A program made the position numbers and the translations under genes. The notes under the pieces were generated by a model. That model saw only the letters and a list, made by a program, of their open reading frames with translations. It was not told the origin of the DNA and did no database searches. Source: Epiperipatus broadwayi (taxonomy: Eukaryota > Animalia > Onychophora). From it: a DNA stretch of 64,000 bases. The stretch lies in contig JAQFVV010000003.1 of assembly GCA_028023455.1 (NCBI GenBank), positions 1,612,001-1,676,000 of the forward strand. Direction: 5' to 3'. Shown piece by piece: positions 1-11,720 of this stretch (position 1 is its first letter; each line of letters starts with the position of its first letter).

Positions 1-272
1 ATTTAAATGTTTGAATTTATTCACAATATAGTATAAATTTACTAAATACATTCATTTTGTAGAAATACATTTATTTTGATATTTTCTAATTCTATCTGGA
101 TTATAAACATGTTGTTATAATTCAGTTAATTATAGTTATGTGTAATATTTATATACAAACAATGCGCATGTAAGCATTAGTAATTTTTATTTAGTTATTC
201 TAATATATAGCATAAATATTGTTGTTTGGTCTGCCACAGATGTATGTTTCTAGATATAAGTTGATAAGCAGT

Positions 273-540
273 TTCATTTATAATTTATCAATAATAAAAC
301 ATATTTTCACATAGCTACATTTATTCATAATTTTCTTTAAGAAAGACATTTTGCCTGTCTTTTATAACACATATAAGTATTAAATAAAATGCCTTTTGAT
401 TATAAATATCTTTAGTATTTATAATTTATCACTAATAAAATGTATTTTCACATAGCTATAATTATTCATAATTTTTTTCTTTTCTAAGAAAGACATTTTG
501 TTTTGTTTTGTTTTTTATAAACACACATAAGTATCAAATA
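273..540. repeat. Diverged tandem duplication, ~145-bp period, 2 copies
   Basis: TAATTTATCA..ATTTTCACATAGCTA..TTATTCATAATTTT..AAGAAAGACATTTTG..ATAAGTAT occurs at ~281-385 and ~422-536. Confidence 0.65.
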
Positions 541-544
541 TTTT

Positions 545-1200
545 ATAAAATTGTTACCTTCATTTTATCCAGTTTGTTTCTTCATATCCATGATGCAACT
601 GCCTTCAAAAAAGGTCATTTTATTTAAGCTGAATGGCATTATTTACTTTCCAGGATGTTCACCCAGGCAAATCTTGGAGAACCATGGTTTTGGATGAAGA
701 GAGGAAGCTGTTACCTATTAACCTTCCATCATTATGATTTCCTTATTAATATTTTCTTTTTTCATTATTGACAGTGGCTATAAATATTATATTCCAAGGT
801 TCCTTAAAATTATCTGTCAATTAAATAGTCAAGCAACACTTAGATGAAAATTTTCACCTTTTAACTCTTCACTTTTCTTACTTCTTTAACTGCTCTTAAA
901 ATCTTTTTAAATAAGATCTTTTTAAAATCTTTTTAAAATCTGCTCTGAACTTCCAACTAAACCATTTATACTCTGACATCTGGATTGATTAAACAGCACT
1001 GCCCACTATATCTGATTTGTTGCACAGGTTTCATTTAAGCCTGAGTGCTTTTCTCTTCTTAAGGATTGGACATTACTTTTAGTGGGACAGATAAAAAATC
1101 ATAAAAATAAGCTTAGTTTTCCAATTTGATAAGACTGCCTCAAGCAATTATTACACTTTGTATGACATCATCATTCCAAAAATTAAAAATGTAATATTTA
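545..1200 (-). mobile_element. Highly degraded L1/Tx1-like ORF2 fragment
   Basis: Minus strand ~730-590 reads GRLIGNSFLSSSKTMVLQDLPG*..WKVNNAI, resembling the post-RT GR..LINS.L.S motif; many stops. Confidence 0.3.
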
Positions 1201-2379
1201 AAAAAAAAGCCAGCTTTAAATAAATACAAGTGACATATTTATAACATAATCTAAAATTACAAAATCAATTATGAATGTTTATCTTTATTTCTTTTCTCAG
1301 TTCTAAAAAATAATGATTTTTTTTGTAAATTCATAAACTTTTCACTATATTTTTCTAAAAAATTATAAGATCAACTTATTTTTTCTACATCTGCTGTTTT
1401 TTAGGTGGGAGGGTAAAATAGCTTTTTGAATACATACACACATGAAACAGCATTTCTATTTCAATACGAAATCATAAAAATAAATGTTTCAAAAGAAAAA
1501 GGGAAGAGAATAATTTTATTGAATTTTTTATATATGAAAAATCAATTTTTAAAATTTATTTTTTGTTCTGATTTATTTAATAAAATAAATTAATTTTATT
1601 TATTAATTCTGACTTCATATTTTTTTTTAGGTAAAGATCATAAAACTTGTTTATTACATAGACTATAGTAAATTTATTTTGGCTATTTGCACACGTATTG
1701 AGATATTGTTCTATTATGTGTATTAAGAGGATGGTGGTGACATATAATTGTAACAGGTATTTAATTTACCCGAACTAGATTTCATAATCATATACTTTAA
1801 ACACGCATATTTTAAAAAGATGCATTTAATATTGACATAAAAGACTTTATACCCTTATGAGATATTTATGCAATGTTATTTTCCATTACATTGAGTACTC
1901 AACACAAAACCATGATAAGCATTAATTGATTTGATAGGCATTAATGAATGAATGAAAAGTTTATTAGTAATGTTCCAAACTACAACCTATACTTACATTT
2001 GGTTTTCCAATTATGGTGCCATGAAACAATTTGTTGGCAATTTCATATTATTGATACTTTGATTAAGAGTAAAATTGAATATGACTTTATAAAATTTTTA
2101 TCAGTTGTATATATATTTCTTTAATAGAAATTAAATTATATACTAAATTTTTCAATAAGAAGTAGATTAAATGCTGTTATGTATTCATATGAGGCAAATG
2201 ATAATTGAATTTAATATTTTTTTATTTATATCTTTTAGACAATATGAGAAGTAAATGATTTTGAGGTTTTCAGAAATAAAGTCCAAACAAAACGCTAAAA
2301 TAATTTAGCATATAATTATAATAAATACTAATTTGTTATTTGCATTAGTGTGATTTGTATATATTATACCGGTCACTAC

Positions 2380-2540
2380 ATCCTATTTCCAAACTGACCT
2401 AAGATGCTTGAAAGAACTTTGAACCATCCTGATCTAGATTTGATTTGAGACCAGTCCAGATTCGAACCCTATCCAAAGATCCCAGATCAAACCCCAAAGT
2501 ATGACTTATAATGACCGTACAATGATAATATGTGCCATGA
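2380..2540 (-). mobile_element. Possible tRNA-derived SINE relic
   Basis: Pol III B-box GGTTCGAATC on minus strand at 2459-2468 in a locally GC-richer patch; no convincing A-box. Confidence 0.25.
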
Positions 2541-2871
2541 ACTATCAATGGATATTATTAATGAGACTACTTAACTGATTTTAAGATAATGCAGGATAGA
2601 ACTATTTACGGATATCTCTGAGTAAATCAACATATATATATATATATTGGGTTGCCAAAACAACAGTAAATATTAATATTTAATCTAATTAATAAAAACG
2701 ATGGGTCAGATACCAAGTATAATATATATTTAATATAAGCAATGATTATATACATGATGATGATGATTTGCATAAATTATCTCCAGTCTTAAAATATAAA
2801 ATTACAATATACAAGGCTGATGGCAGTTTTCTATATATGCCAATAATTAATGCATAAGTACCTAAGGTGTG

Positions 2872-2902
<31 letters not shown>

Positions 2903-3911
2903 TTAGTCTATGCTCCAATGAAACAGACATGTGTGATTAAAATACATATAACATATATGCCAAATGAGTTATGTATGTTAGCTATTAATTTGATACTTAT
3001 CTAGAAAAAAAAAATGCTTCTAATTTATTAAAAAAAAACAAAGAAGACAAGATTTATCTCTCCTTTCTCTATAAATCAGTTTATGGAAAGCATGAAAAAT
3101 CTAAAGGTATGATTTCAATTTAACACCTATCAAAGTATGATTATTTAGAATTTCATAGATATGTAACATAATTTGATTTTAAAGGAAATCAATTCGTCAT
3201 GAATTACAAAGCAAAAAAAATGTGAGCCATTATTTGAATTCATCAACGAAAATGGTACTAGCATGATATGAGCATTGAAATGAAGATGAAGTGAATGGTT
3301 TTGTCATCAATTCAAGAAGACCAATGGCTACTTGTTTTAACAAGTATATTTGCCATGTGAATAATTGCGGAACATGGGAAAAGCCAGGTAGGGACTTAGC
3401 CACAAACCTTTGGTGTTCCAAACAAGTGACAAACAAATGAGAAAATAACATTTGTTTTATATTTCAGTCAATTAAAATAATACTCCAGGAATGACAAAAC
3501 CTACAAAATCAAGAAGATAGCTCATGCCAGCAATGTTAGGAACAGAAATAATATAATTATAATATTAAAGTTAAAGCCTGAATTATATAATATAAATGCT
3601 TGATGTGGTGACTGGATCAATAAGATTAAAATCAAACTTATGACAGGCAAATGCCTAAACCCCATTTACATAATAGTACCCCTTATATCATGCTCTCCCC
3701 CAAACACAAACACCGAAAGACTAGGCTTAACTCAAGATACATTTTTCTCTCCCTTACAAAATTTCATCAAATCTTTAATGAATTTAAATTAATACATGCA
3801 AATAATCTTTTTTAGAAAGTAAATAAACTTAGTCAGGAGCATAGTGGCTATAAGTTAAGCTAATAAAATTTATATCACCTCTTGGTGAAATTATATCAGA
3901 TAATTAAATAA

Positions 3912-4035
3912 ACCTTTCAACCCGATAATTAGTAGAACTTTAGTTCTATTAGTAGAACTTTAGTTCTATAAAACTTTATACGGTAACTATTTTCTTAAGA
4001 TAAGTTTAAACAAAAATATTATCGAGTTGAAAGCC
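3912..4035. mobile_element. Small MITE-like inverted-repeat element
   Basis: CTTTCAACCCGATAA (3914-3928) is inverted to TTATCGAGTTGAAAG (4019-4033); internal 20-bp tandem of hairpin AGTAGAACTTTAGTTCTAT(T) at 3931-3969. Confidence 0.5.
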
Positions 4036-4229
4036 TTATTGGCATATTATATCGCAAATAAATGGCATTAATAATTATTAACAAATACAAGTAAGAGTTA
4101 ATAAAAACCATAAGAAAAGAAAAAAATTATCAAATATTAATTTAGGACTAGAGATATAATAATATAGAGAATTACTATATAACAATTTTAAGCATAATTA
4201 TATGAATAAACAAGATTTAAGGCAATAGA

Positions 4230-4750
4230 TATTTTTACTGTACTTAGCGAGATAGTTCATGAATAGATTGGAAAGTTGCGGTTTAATCAAGATTAAAATT
4301 TACCTATCTTTCATGACTTCCTTGTTGATTCAGGGACACAGAGTCTGGTTAGATTTAGAAGGAAAGGTAAGTGTGCACTTAACTCAAATAAAATTCATTT
4401 TATAGATTAGCTTCATTATGGATTTTAGTCGGCTTATGATTTGGTATTGGAGAGTTCTATTTTAGCAGCAACATTTGAAGATTTATTGGGGAACTTTAGA
4501 ATCCAGCAATCAGATTCCCAAAGTTAACAGCGTACCATACTGCAAATATGGTTAAGGTTCAGTATTAAAACAGACATAATTTCCGGTGGCAACTCTTATT
4601 AAAATTGAAAGTAATGCTGCTTCTATGTAATTTTTCAGAGTATTTATCTCCTTTTTTGCGATTTTCCTGCCCATTCTGATTTCTATGCCTTACAACTAAA
4701 GCTTTTATTTTGTTACCAAAAGGAATTTCTCTAATTGAAATATAATTCAT
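4230..4750 (-). mobile_element. Degenerate non-LTR retrotransposon RT C-terminal fragment
   Basis: Minus frames give KEINTLKNYIEAALL and LPSKSNQTLCP, loosely like LINE thumb-region motifs; clade unresolved. Confidence 0.25.
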
Positions 4751-5799
4751 TGCTTTTATAAGACTTTCAAGTCCATTATTTTGAATTCATTTTCTACTTA
4801 GAAAATGAATTTGCAAAATCTATACAAATGATTTTAAATTAGAACTGCCCTTAGAGTTTGACATGTCATTTTAAAATAATTAATGAAGGATTCCCCATTG
4901 TCTTTGGAAAAGGAAGATTTAAAACTTATCGAAGTAATGTGACTTTTAATCATAAAAGTTTGGACAAAATTGCGAAACATAAAATAAAAACTCCAATGTA
5001 ATGAAATCTTATACTAATGTATACTTAACCATTTAAAAGTAATATATGTGTAATCAAATAACTAAATATTCTTAAATAGCGTTATTTGTTAATATTTTAC
5101 CATGAGGTAATTGGTAATATTAATAGAGTTAAATATAACACAATTAGTTTTAATAAATATTTAAATAACAAAGCAGTTTTAACTGAAGTCAGACATATAG
5201 AGAAAAGGGTATAAAATCTCATTACAGAATTTGGATGAATTCACAATTAGTAATGGGGTTTAAACTAGGTAAAGAGGTGTAACATTATGAAGCTTGGATC
5301 AAACTTAGATCTGACTGCTTCAATATATAATGTAACCATCTGGCCACATGGCACACAACAACTTAGTTGTGTGTGCGCACACACACACATATATATATAT
5401 ATAAACTAAAAAAAAGTAGAAATAAACACACACAAATTTTTGTAGATATTTTCTACATTTCACTTGAAGTTGTAAAGGATTAAATAACTCAATTTAAAAC
5501 AGAATTTTATTATTAATTAAAACATTTTAAAAGGTCTAAATAAATTATTATTATTATTATTATTCTGATTTTGAAATTTAAAAGCAAATATGTTTCTAAT
5601 AATTGTAAAAATTTTTATTATGTATTTTTAAAATCTTTTTATTAATTGATAAATTTCTCTAAGTAAAAAAATTATGTAGATTACACCTTTGATAAAAATT
5701 CAAACTTGTTTTTACTAATATGCTAAAATTAATTGCGTTACGGTGAAACTTTTAAGTTTATTAATGAATAGGCTTTTTTTTTTTTATCTATTCTATCTT

Positions 5800-6480
5800 T
5801 TAGATTTAGCACTTTCAGAGCCCTTGCAACTCCATATTCATAGTCCTTTTCATATTGTTAACTATATGCAAATGCATGCAAATTGCTTATATCATCCATT
5901 TTTTTGAAATCATGAAGCATGTGTCCTTTCTGTTTATTGCTCTGGCATTGCTGGTAATAAAACATGCTTCTTTGACCTTCCTCTTGACATTGTTTCTTTC
6001 TGTGCATATGATGTCAGCTTTAGAGGGCTTAAATTTGTGGTTGTGTTCCTGCTGATGGTCAGCAAATACTGAGCTGCTTTTTTTTTGTTTGTAGCTCTTG
6101 TGTATACATATTTATGCTGAGCCAGTCTATTGTCCACTGTGGCCCAAGTTTCCCCATAGTAAACTGAATCACAACCTGTCTGTGGGCACACAATTCTATA
6201 AACTACATGGGGGTTTCTTCTATATTTCTTTTGTCTTTAGTATTGTTGATGAGCCTATTGGTGTTTGGAGGAGTTCTGAATCCAAGTTTAATTCCTCCTG
6301 TAATATTTTACTGAATTTTTTGCCATTGCAGGTATGTAGGGTATAGTCAGATGTTGTCTGTCTTCTTTTGTGTTCTGTTGCAGTCTTTTATAAAAGCTTT
6401 CAATCCTGTTGGTTATTGTTCTTGAAAGGATTACTGATTTGAAAAGAGGAAAAACATTTAGATGACACTTCAATAAAAAT
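5800..6480 (-). mobile_element. Penelope-like element 3' relic (linker + GIY-YIG endonuclease)
   Basis: ORF 6288-6473 has the PLE linker HLTIPYIP; ORF 5934-6191 has CPQTGCDSVYYGET...NRLAQH (GIY-YIG core). Confidence 0.85.
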
Positions 6481-6499
6481 CTAAAAGTAGCTTTTGATT

Positions 6500-6910
6500 A
6501 AAATTGTTTTTAATAAAAAAACCAGATTGAAAACAGTCTGTAATGTGTTGTTATCATCCCCCTGATCCAAGTCTATAAAAGGATTGAATAAAAAATTATT
6601 TTAGTCTGACTTGTTATTTAAAAAAGTCTGGATAGTAGTTTTGAAATGAACAGCTTGGTGTGTAGTTTCTGTAAAAGCTGGGCAGAAGAGTCTGGTTTTA
6701 ATATTTAGAGAAGTAGTTGGATCATAGCTAGCTGCAAAGATGGTTAAATTTTTGAGAAGCAATGGGTAATAGTTATCTGCAGTAGTTGATAGTTGTAGCA
6801 AAATAGCTAGCTGCAGATCTGGTTTCCAGAGTTATACAGGGCTACTATGAGGATGTAAGAATGCACAGAAACAGCTGGCATACAGTTCAATGGTGGAATT
6901 TGAATTCACA
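6500..6910 (-). mobile_element. LINE (CR1/L2/Jockey-type) 3' fragment
   Basis: Minus strand reads IELYAS..WKP and ends FKTTIQTFL, like LINE ORF2 tails (LEYAS.VW.P...FK..LK.FL). Confidence 0.35.
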
Positions 6911-8049
6911 TGAAGAAAAATGACCCATTTCTTTGTGCTAAAATTAATAGTTACAGATTTGTGCTGATGACAGTTGCTTGCTTAAAATCTATCAAACCAA
7001 ACCAGCTTGTCAAACCCTAGACAGAAGGAAGCTCATGGAATGCCAACATACCAGATTGTACTTTTCTGATAATGACAATTTCCTGGACTATAGTTTCCTG
7101 GTGCTGCTGTTTATCTATACCTGTAAAGAACTACAGATAAATGCATCATGTGTATAAAGAGCAAGTTATTTTTTATATTCTTTGGGCTGAAATGACATTT
7201 TAAAAAGTAAAGATTTATAAAATGATTCTATTTTTTGTTTATTAAAAAAAGTGGCATTTAAAAAATGAAACAAACACTTAATTTTGCCTGGATGTAAAAA
7301 AATAAAAAAAAGTAAAGAATACATGATTCTATAATTTAAATTTAAAAACATTTATAATTAATCACCTGTCAAAAATTGACTATATTTTTTTAATAAAAAA
7401 AACAACTTATAAACTGATGTTTTTAAAGAAAAAAAACTGTAAACTATTATGATAGAATTTGATAACTGATTTTTTTTATTGATACACATGTATATATGTG
7501 AAATTAATATATTTTAATCAAGAAATTAATTGCGAACATATAATATTATTGTTAGAAATTAAAGTGGGTAAACACCAGTGTGAGAATACATGAACATACA
7601 CACACACACCAAAAATTTCAATTGTTTATAGCATTTTTTATACAACTGAAAAGTATAATCATGTACTTATTGTTTTATATGCCAATTGTAATATAAGTCA
7701 ATTGTACTGCTTATATCTGTGTGCATATAAATATCATTGAATGTCAAATATGACTTATAAGTAAAATTTAATCATTTTTGTCATTATTGAATATTAACTG
7801 AAATATATTAATTGTATATTATAAATTTTGAGTCTGTACATATATATATATATATGTAAACCATCATTTAATAACTTAAATTTTGTATTAATCATATATA
7901 TGTAAATTACAATGTGATAATTTGTTATTATTATATATTAATCAAAATCAGAAGGCATAATTGATATGTGCATAGCCTTATTCTAGACCTTAATATCATT
8001 TTTTTATTTTATTGTTAATAAACTTGTGTTCAATTATGAAAATTATTCC

Positions 8050-8700
8050 AATGGTTCTAAATATTTTTAGAATATGTTTCCATCATTTCTTGGTCACATA
8101 ACAGTAATGGGCTTATGTTCTTCTGAGCTAGATTTGTGTATAATGGCTGATATATAACTGGGGATTTATATTTAGTGTATAGGCATCCAGATGACTGATG
8201 ATGATCATTAATTGATATATCCTGGAATGGCACTAAGATAATAATCTTTAAAGCCCCTGCATTAAATTTCATTTTAGTTTTGTCTTAGAAATGAAGTTAT
8301 AGTTGGCCAGTACTTTAATGGAACTAATTGGCCAAATCATTGATGATGATAAGCATGTTTTAATGTCTCAGCATTATTATTTTGATTATTATGTATTCTG
8401 ATGGATGAGCACTTAGTTTGTGTCTCCAAATTAATGGATAAATAAGTCCCACAAACTGGAAATAGCTCAAAGAGTTAGCCTGGTCTCCAGAAGACCCATT
8501 TCAAATCCAGTTATAAGATTGACTGTTGATTTATTGTATTGATGTATTTTTTGGTCATTCACGAGGATGGATGATTTCTTTTGAGTATTACTTACACTTA
8601 TTGATAATGCTGATTAATGGTTAATTATGTTTTTAGTTGCTCTGTGGAGTAACTTCCTGATCTTTCAGAGATATAATGATCCCATACTCTCTCTTGAATA
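8050..8700 (-). mobile_element. LINE ORF1/ORF2 junction relic with APE N-terminus (I/Nimb/Jockey-like)
   Basis: Near 8270 minus AATGCAGGGGCTTTAAAG encodes (N)CRGFK in an alternative frame, followed by GCLYTK (CLQET-like). Confidence 0.35.
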
Positions 8701-8878
8701 TATAACATTTCTTAAATATATAAAATTACTTCTCTCTCCATACAGATAACATTACTTATATATATTTCTCATTACTTTAAATTTTATATTAAATTTCATT
8801 ATTGAAATATTATGTTTACTTGGGGTTGATGATGATCTTACCATCTCCTCAGGTTCAGCTCTTATTTCCCCATCTCAT

Positions 8879-8915
8879 TATATATATATATATATATATA
8901 TATAATAAAATTAAA

Positions 8916-8956
<41 letters not shown>

Positions 8957-8973
8957 TTTATTTTAATTTTATT
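8879..8973. repeat. (TA)n tracts with a 17-bp perfect inverted repeat around the second tract
   Basis: AATAAAATTAAAATAAA (8904-8920) / TTTATTTTAATTTTATT (8957-8973) flank (TA)n. Confidence 0.9.
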
Positions 8974-10189
8974 GAGAAGTGTAATTCATTGTAATAATAG
9001 GATTTTATTGGATGGATCTAAAATTAATAACTGAAGCCTATTTGATTTCATCAATAGTAAATTTGAAGAATCACAAGCTAGGTCTGAGGAATCACAAACT
9101 AAATGGAAGAATTTTTATAAAAGATTTTGACAAATTCCAAGAGAAAATGTTGGTTTATTATAAGGAAAGGCTGACAAACCAATAAGAAAACAATATCTAA
9201 AATGCAACGAAGAAATAAAAAATTGATACAAGTGAAAGTTTTGATGATGATATAAAAATAGAAGCTATGAAGAATGATAATTTTGAAGTTAATGATTCTT
9301 TAATTACTAATATTTTGGTAAGGAATAATGAAGAATATCCAAAACAGCAAATTATTACACACAATAATGGTTTTAATGATGATGTTTCTCCCATAAAAAA
9401 GTACATTAACCTGATTATCTTCTTGTCCTTCTATTTAATATTCACTGATTTAATTAATGCTATATAGTTGATTATAATGTTGTAACCCAAAGTCATGTTA
9501 GTTTAGGTGTATACTAAAAGAATTGAGCAATTCCATTTAATCATCTTCAATAATAATTTATTATTGCATCTTATCTTTAGAAAACAATTTATTCTAACAC
9601 CTCAGTATTTAAAACTACATTATACATGTTTATGAGCCCATAATATCATCAGGTTGCATTAAAAAATGATACACATTTCTAATAAATCATTCAAAATTTG
9701 ATTAAAACTGCAAATTTCTGCTACTACTAACTAAAGTTGTCACTATTGAACCAATAAAATATTACTAAACAAAATTTGATCAATAATTTTTTGATAGAGT
9801 ATAGGATTATTGTATAATGTAATAGCAAAAATTAATTCTTTTTTCATTATTCTATTTACAAGCTATCCTTCTATACAAAAATAAGACTTCACATCATACC
9901 AAATGGTACTGCTAAACTGATTCCCAGCCTCCTTTTTGAGTAATGGCTTTTTAAAAAAGATACTGCTGTAGTAATTCAAAAGTTATATTTACTATTATTT
10001 TGCAATTTGGAATAGTAGTTTATAATTTTCAAATACCATAAAATTTTGAACCTAAGCAAGTCTGCCTGACTAGCTTTGTAGGCTTAATCTAAGTCAATAA
10101 TATCAGATTATAAGTAAATTACACAATTTTAAATCAATAACTAGGGAAGGCCCACTATACAGCAAAGATAAACAATTGTAACCATTTTA

Positions 10190-10900
10190 CAGTTTAGCAC
10201 TGCTTTCAACCAAGCTGGTCATATTCATGGCACAAAGACAGGTAAGAAAATGAACATTTGCATTAATTAACATGCAAGTTTGTAAATTTTTATGTATCAC
10301 TTGCATGGTAGTGCAACACATGAATGTTTTTTTATCTATTGCATGGGTGTGTTTGTGAAAAAACACACCTCTTTGTATTTTTCTTTCAATCATTGCACTC
10401 AGTGCAAAACACTTTAATGTCAAGTAGATCAAAATTGTGTCCCAAGTTGATCTCATGCTCTGAAAATAGTGACTTTATATTCGAGTCTGTTTTAGGCATT
10501 TATATGTGTGTGTGTTGTGCTAATCTAGTGGTACTATTGGCATGAGACTCACCATAGTAGATTGTGATGAAAGTAGGTTTGTTGCAGTTATTTTGTAGAT
10601 TATTTGGAGATCCTGGTCCAGATATAACTTGTCTTTAGTTTTATTTAATAATTGATTGAGATTGGGAAGGGTCTTGAAACTAATATTGAATTCATCTGAT
10701 AAATTTTGTTTTATTTACTTGATGCACTCAGTATAAAAGGAAGGCAAATCCATACATTAGTATTGTTGTGAATAGTTATTTCTATTGACAACGGCCAAAA
10801 GCTGTTAGATGTGATGTGATGTATTATGGATTCTCCTTAAACAAAGTCAAGAATATCTCAGCAATTATGCCCAGATAAACCTGTTAGCCACATTATTTTA
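10190..10900 (-). mobile_element. Penelope-like element 3' relic, same family as 5800-6480
   Basis: Minus strand reads ICLPFI (linker, ~10760-10740), then YYGESHANSTTRLAQHTH...SLFSEHEINLGHNFD (10560-10420). Confidence 0.8.
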
Positions 10901-10917
10901 CCTTCCCTACTCTAAAT

Positions 10918-11720
10918 TTACCCATAATCTGCTCTATCCCATTTCCACAACATAATCTTTGTCAACTCTATAACCTTTATATCTAAATCCCCCTTATTTT
11001 TTTCCAAACCCAGCATAAAAAACAATAATTCACTTTCTGTATAATCACTCTTTTCATATTTATTTTCCACAACTTTATTATATGTACCCTTTTTGTTTTC
11101 AAACATTTACATTCAATTAACAAATGCCTAATGTTTTCTATTTCTTCCTTACATAATTTACAAAATAAATCACCCATATTTTTCCATTTACATGTATATT
11201 TTTTTGTAGCTAAAGATCCTGTTTGAGCCTTACACAATAAACTACTTTCCTTACTATTATCATATATTAACTCACACCTAATATTCTGTTTATTTCTACG
11301 TATATTTAAACTCTTTTTACTCTCCATACGATTTCTCCATCTCTCTAATTCCCTAGTCTTTATTAATAAATTTATTCTTTTATCCCATTCCTTACTACTA
11401 TAACACTCAATAATCTTCTTAACACAATCATCCCATCTTTTGTACAAATATATTGATATAAATTTTTTATCCAAATCTTTTGCATACCACATTACTTTTC
11501 TCACCCATCTTGTTACCTGCCCTTTACTCATAACCCAATAAAATACTATTTTAGATATTCTTTTATTATTCATAAACTGCAATCTACTAAACATTTCCAT
11601 TTTACTTTTTGCATCTCTCATATGAAAACTTGACCATCCCATTTCTCCTTGAATTGCCTCCCTTGCTGTCCATATTTCTGCATCCAATGCATGTCTTCCT
11701 ACTTCCCTTTGAGTTTTTTC
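10918..11720 (-). mobile_element. Non-LTR retrotransposon ORF2 3' end with CCHC zinc finger, 5'-truncated
   Basis: 234-aa ORF 10983-11687: AIQGEMGWSSF.MR...K..MFSRL..M and FCKLCKEEIENIRHLLIECKCL (zf-RVT type). Confidence 0.85.

Noticed and set aside
8837-8875. Minus-strand IRAEPEEM followed by G|GTAAGA (possible exon)
   Set aside because: No acceptor; abuts (TA)n and resembles the LTR-like end at 45470-45489
9010-9420. Gag-like acidic or coiled-coil reading (FEESQARSEESQ)
   Set aside because: Frameshifted with no diagnostic motif or LTR identified
9615-9655. Minus-strand CTGATGA..AAACATGTA
   Set aside because: G12 and the closing G-C pair are missing; likely chance
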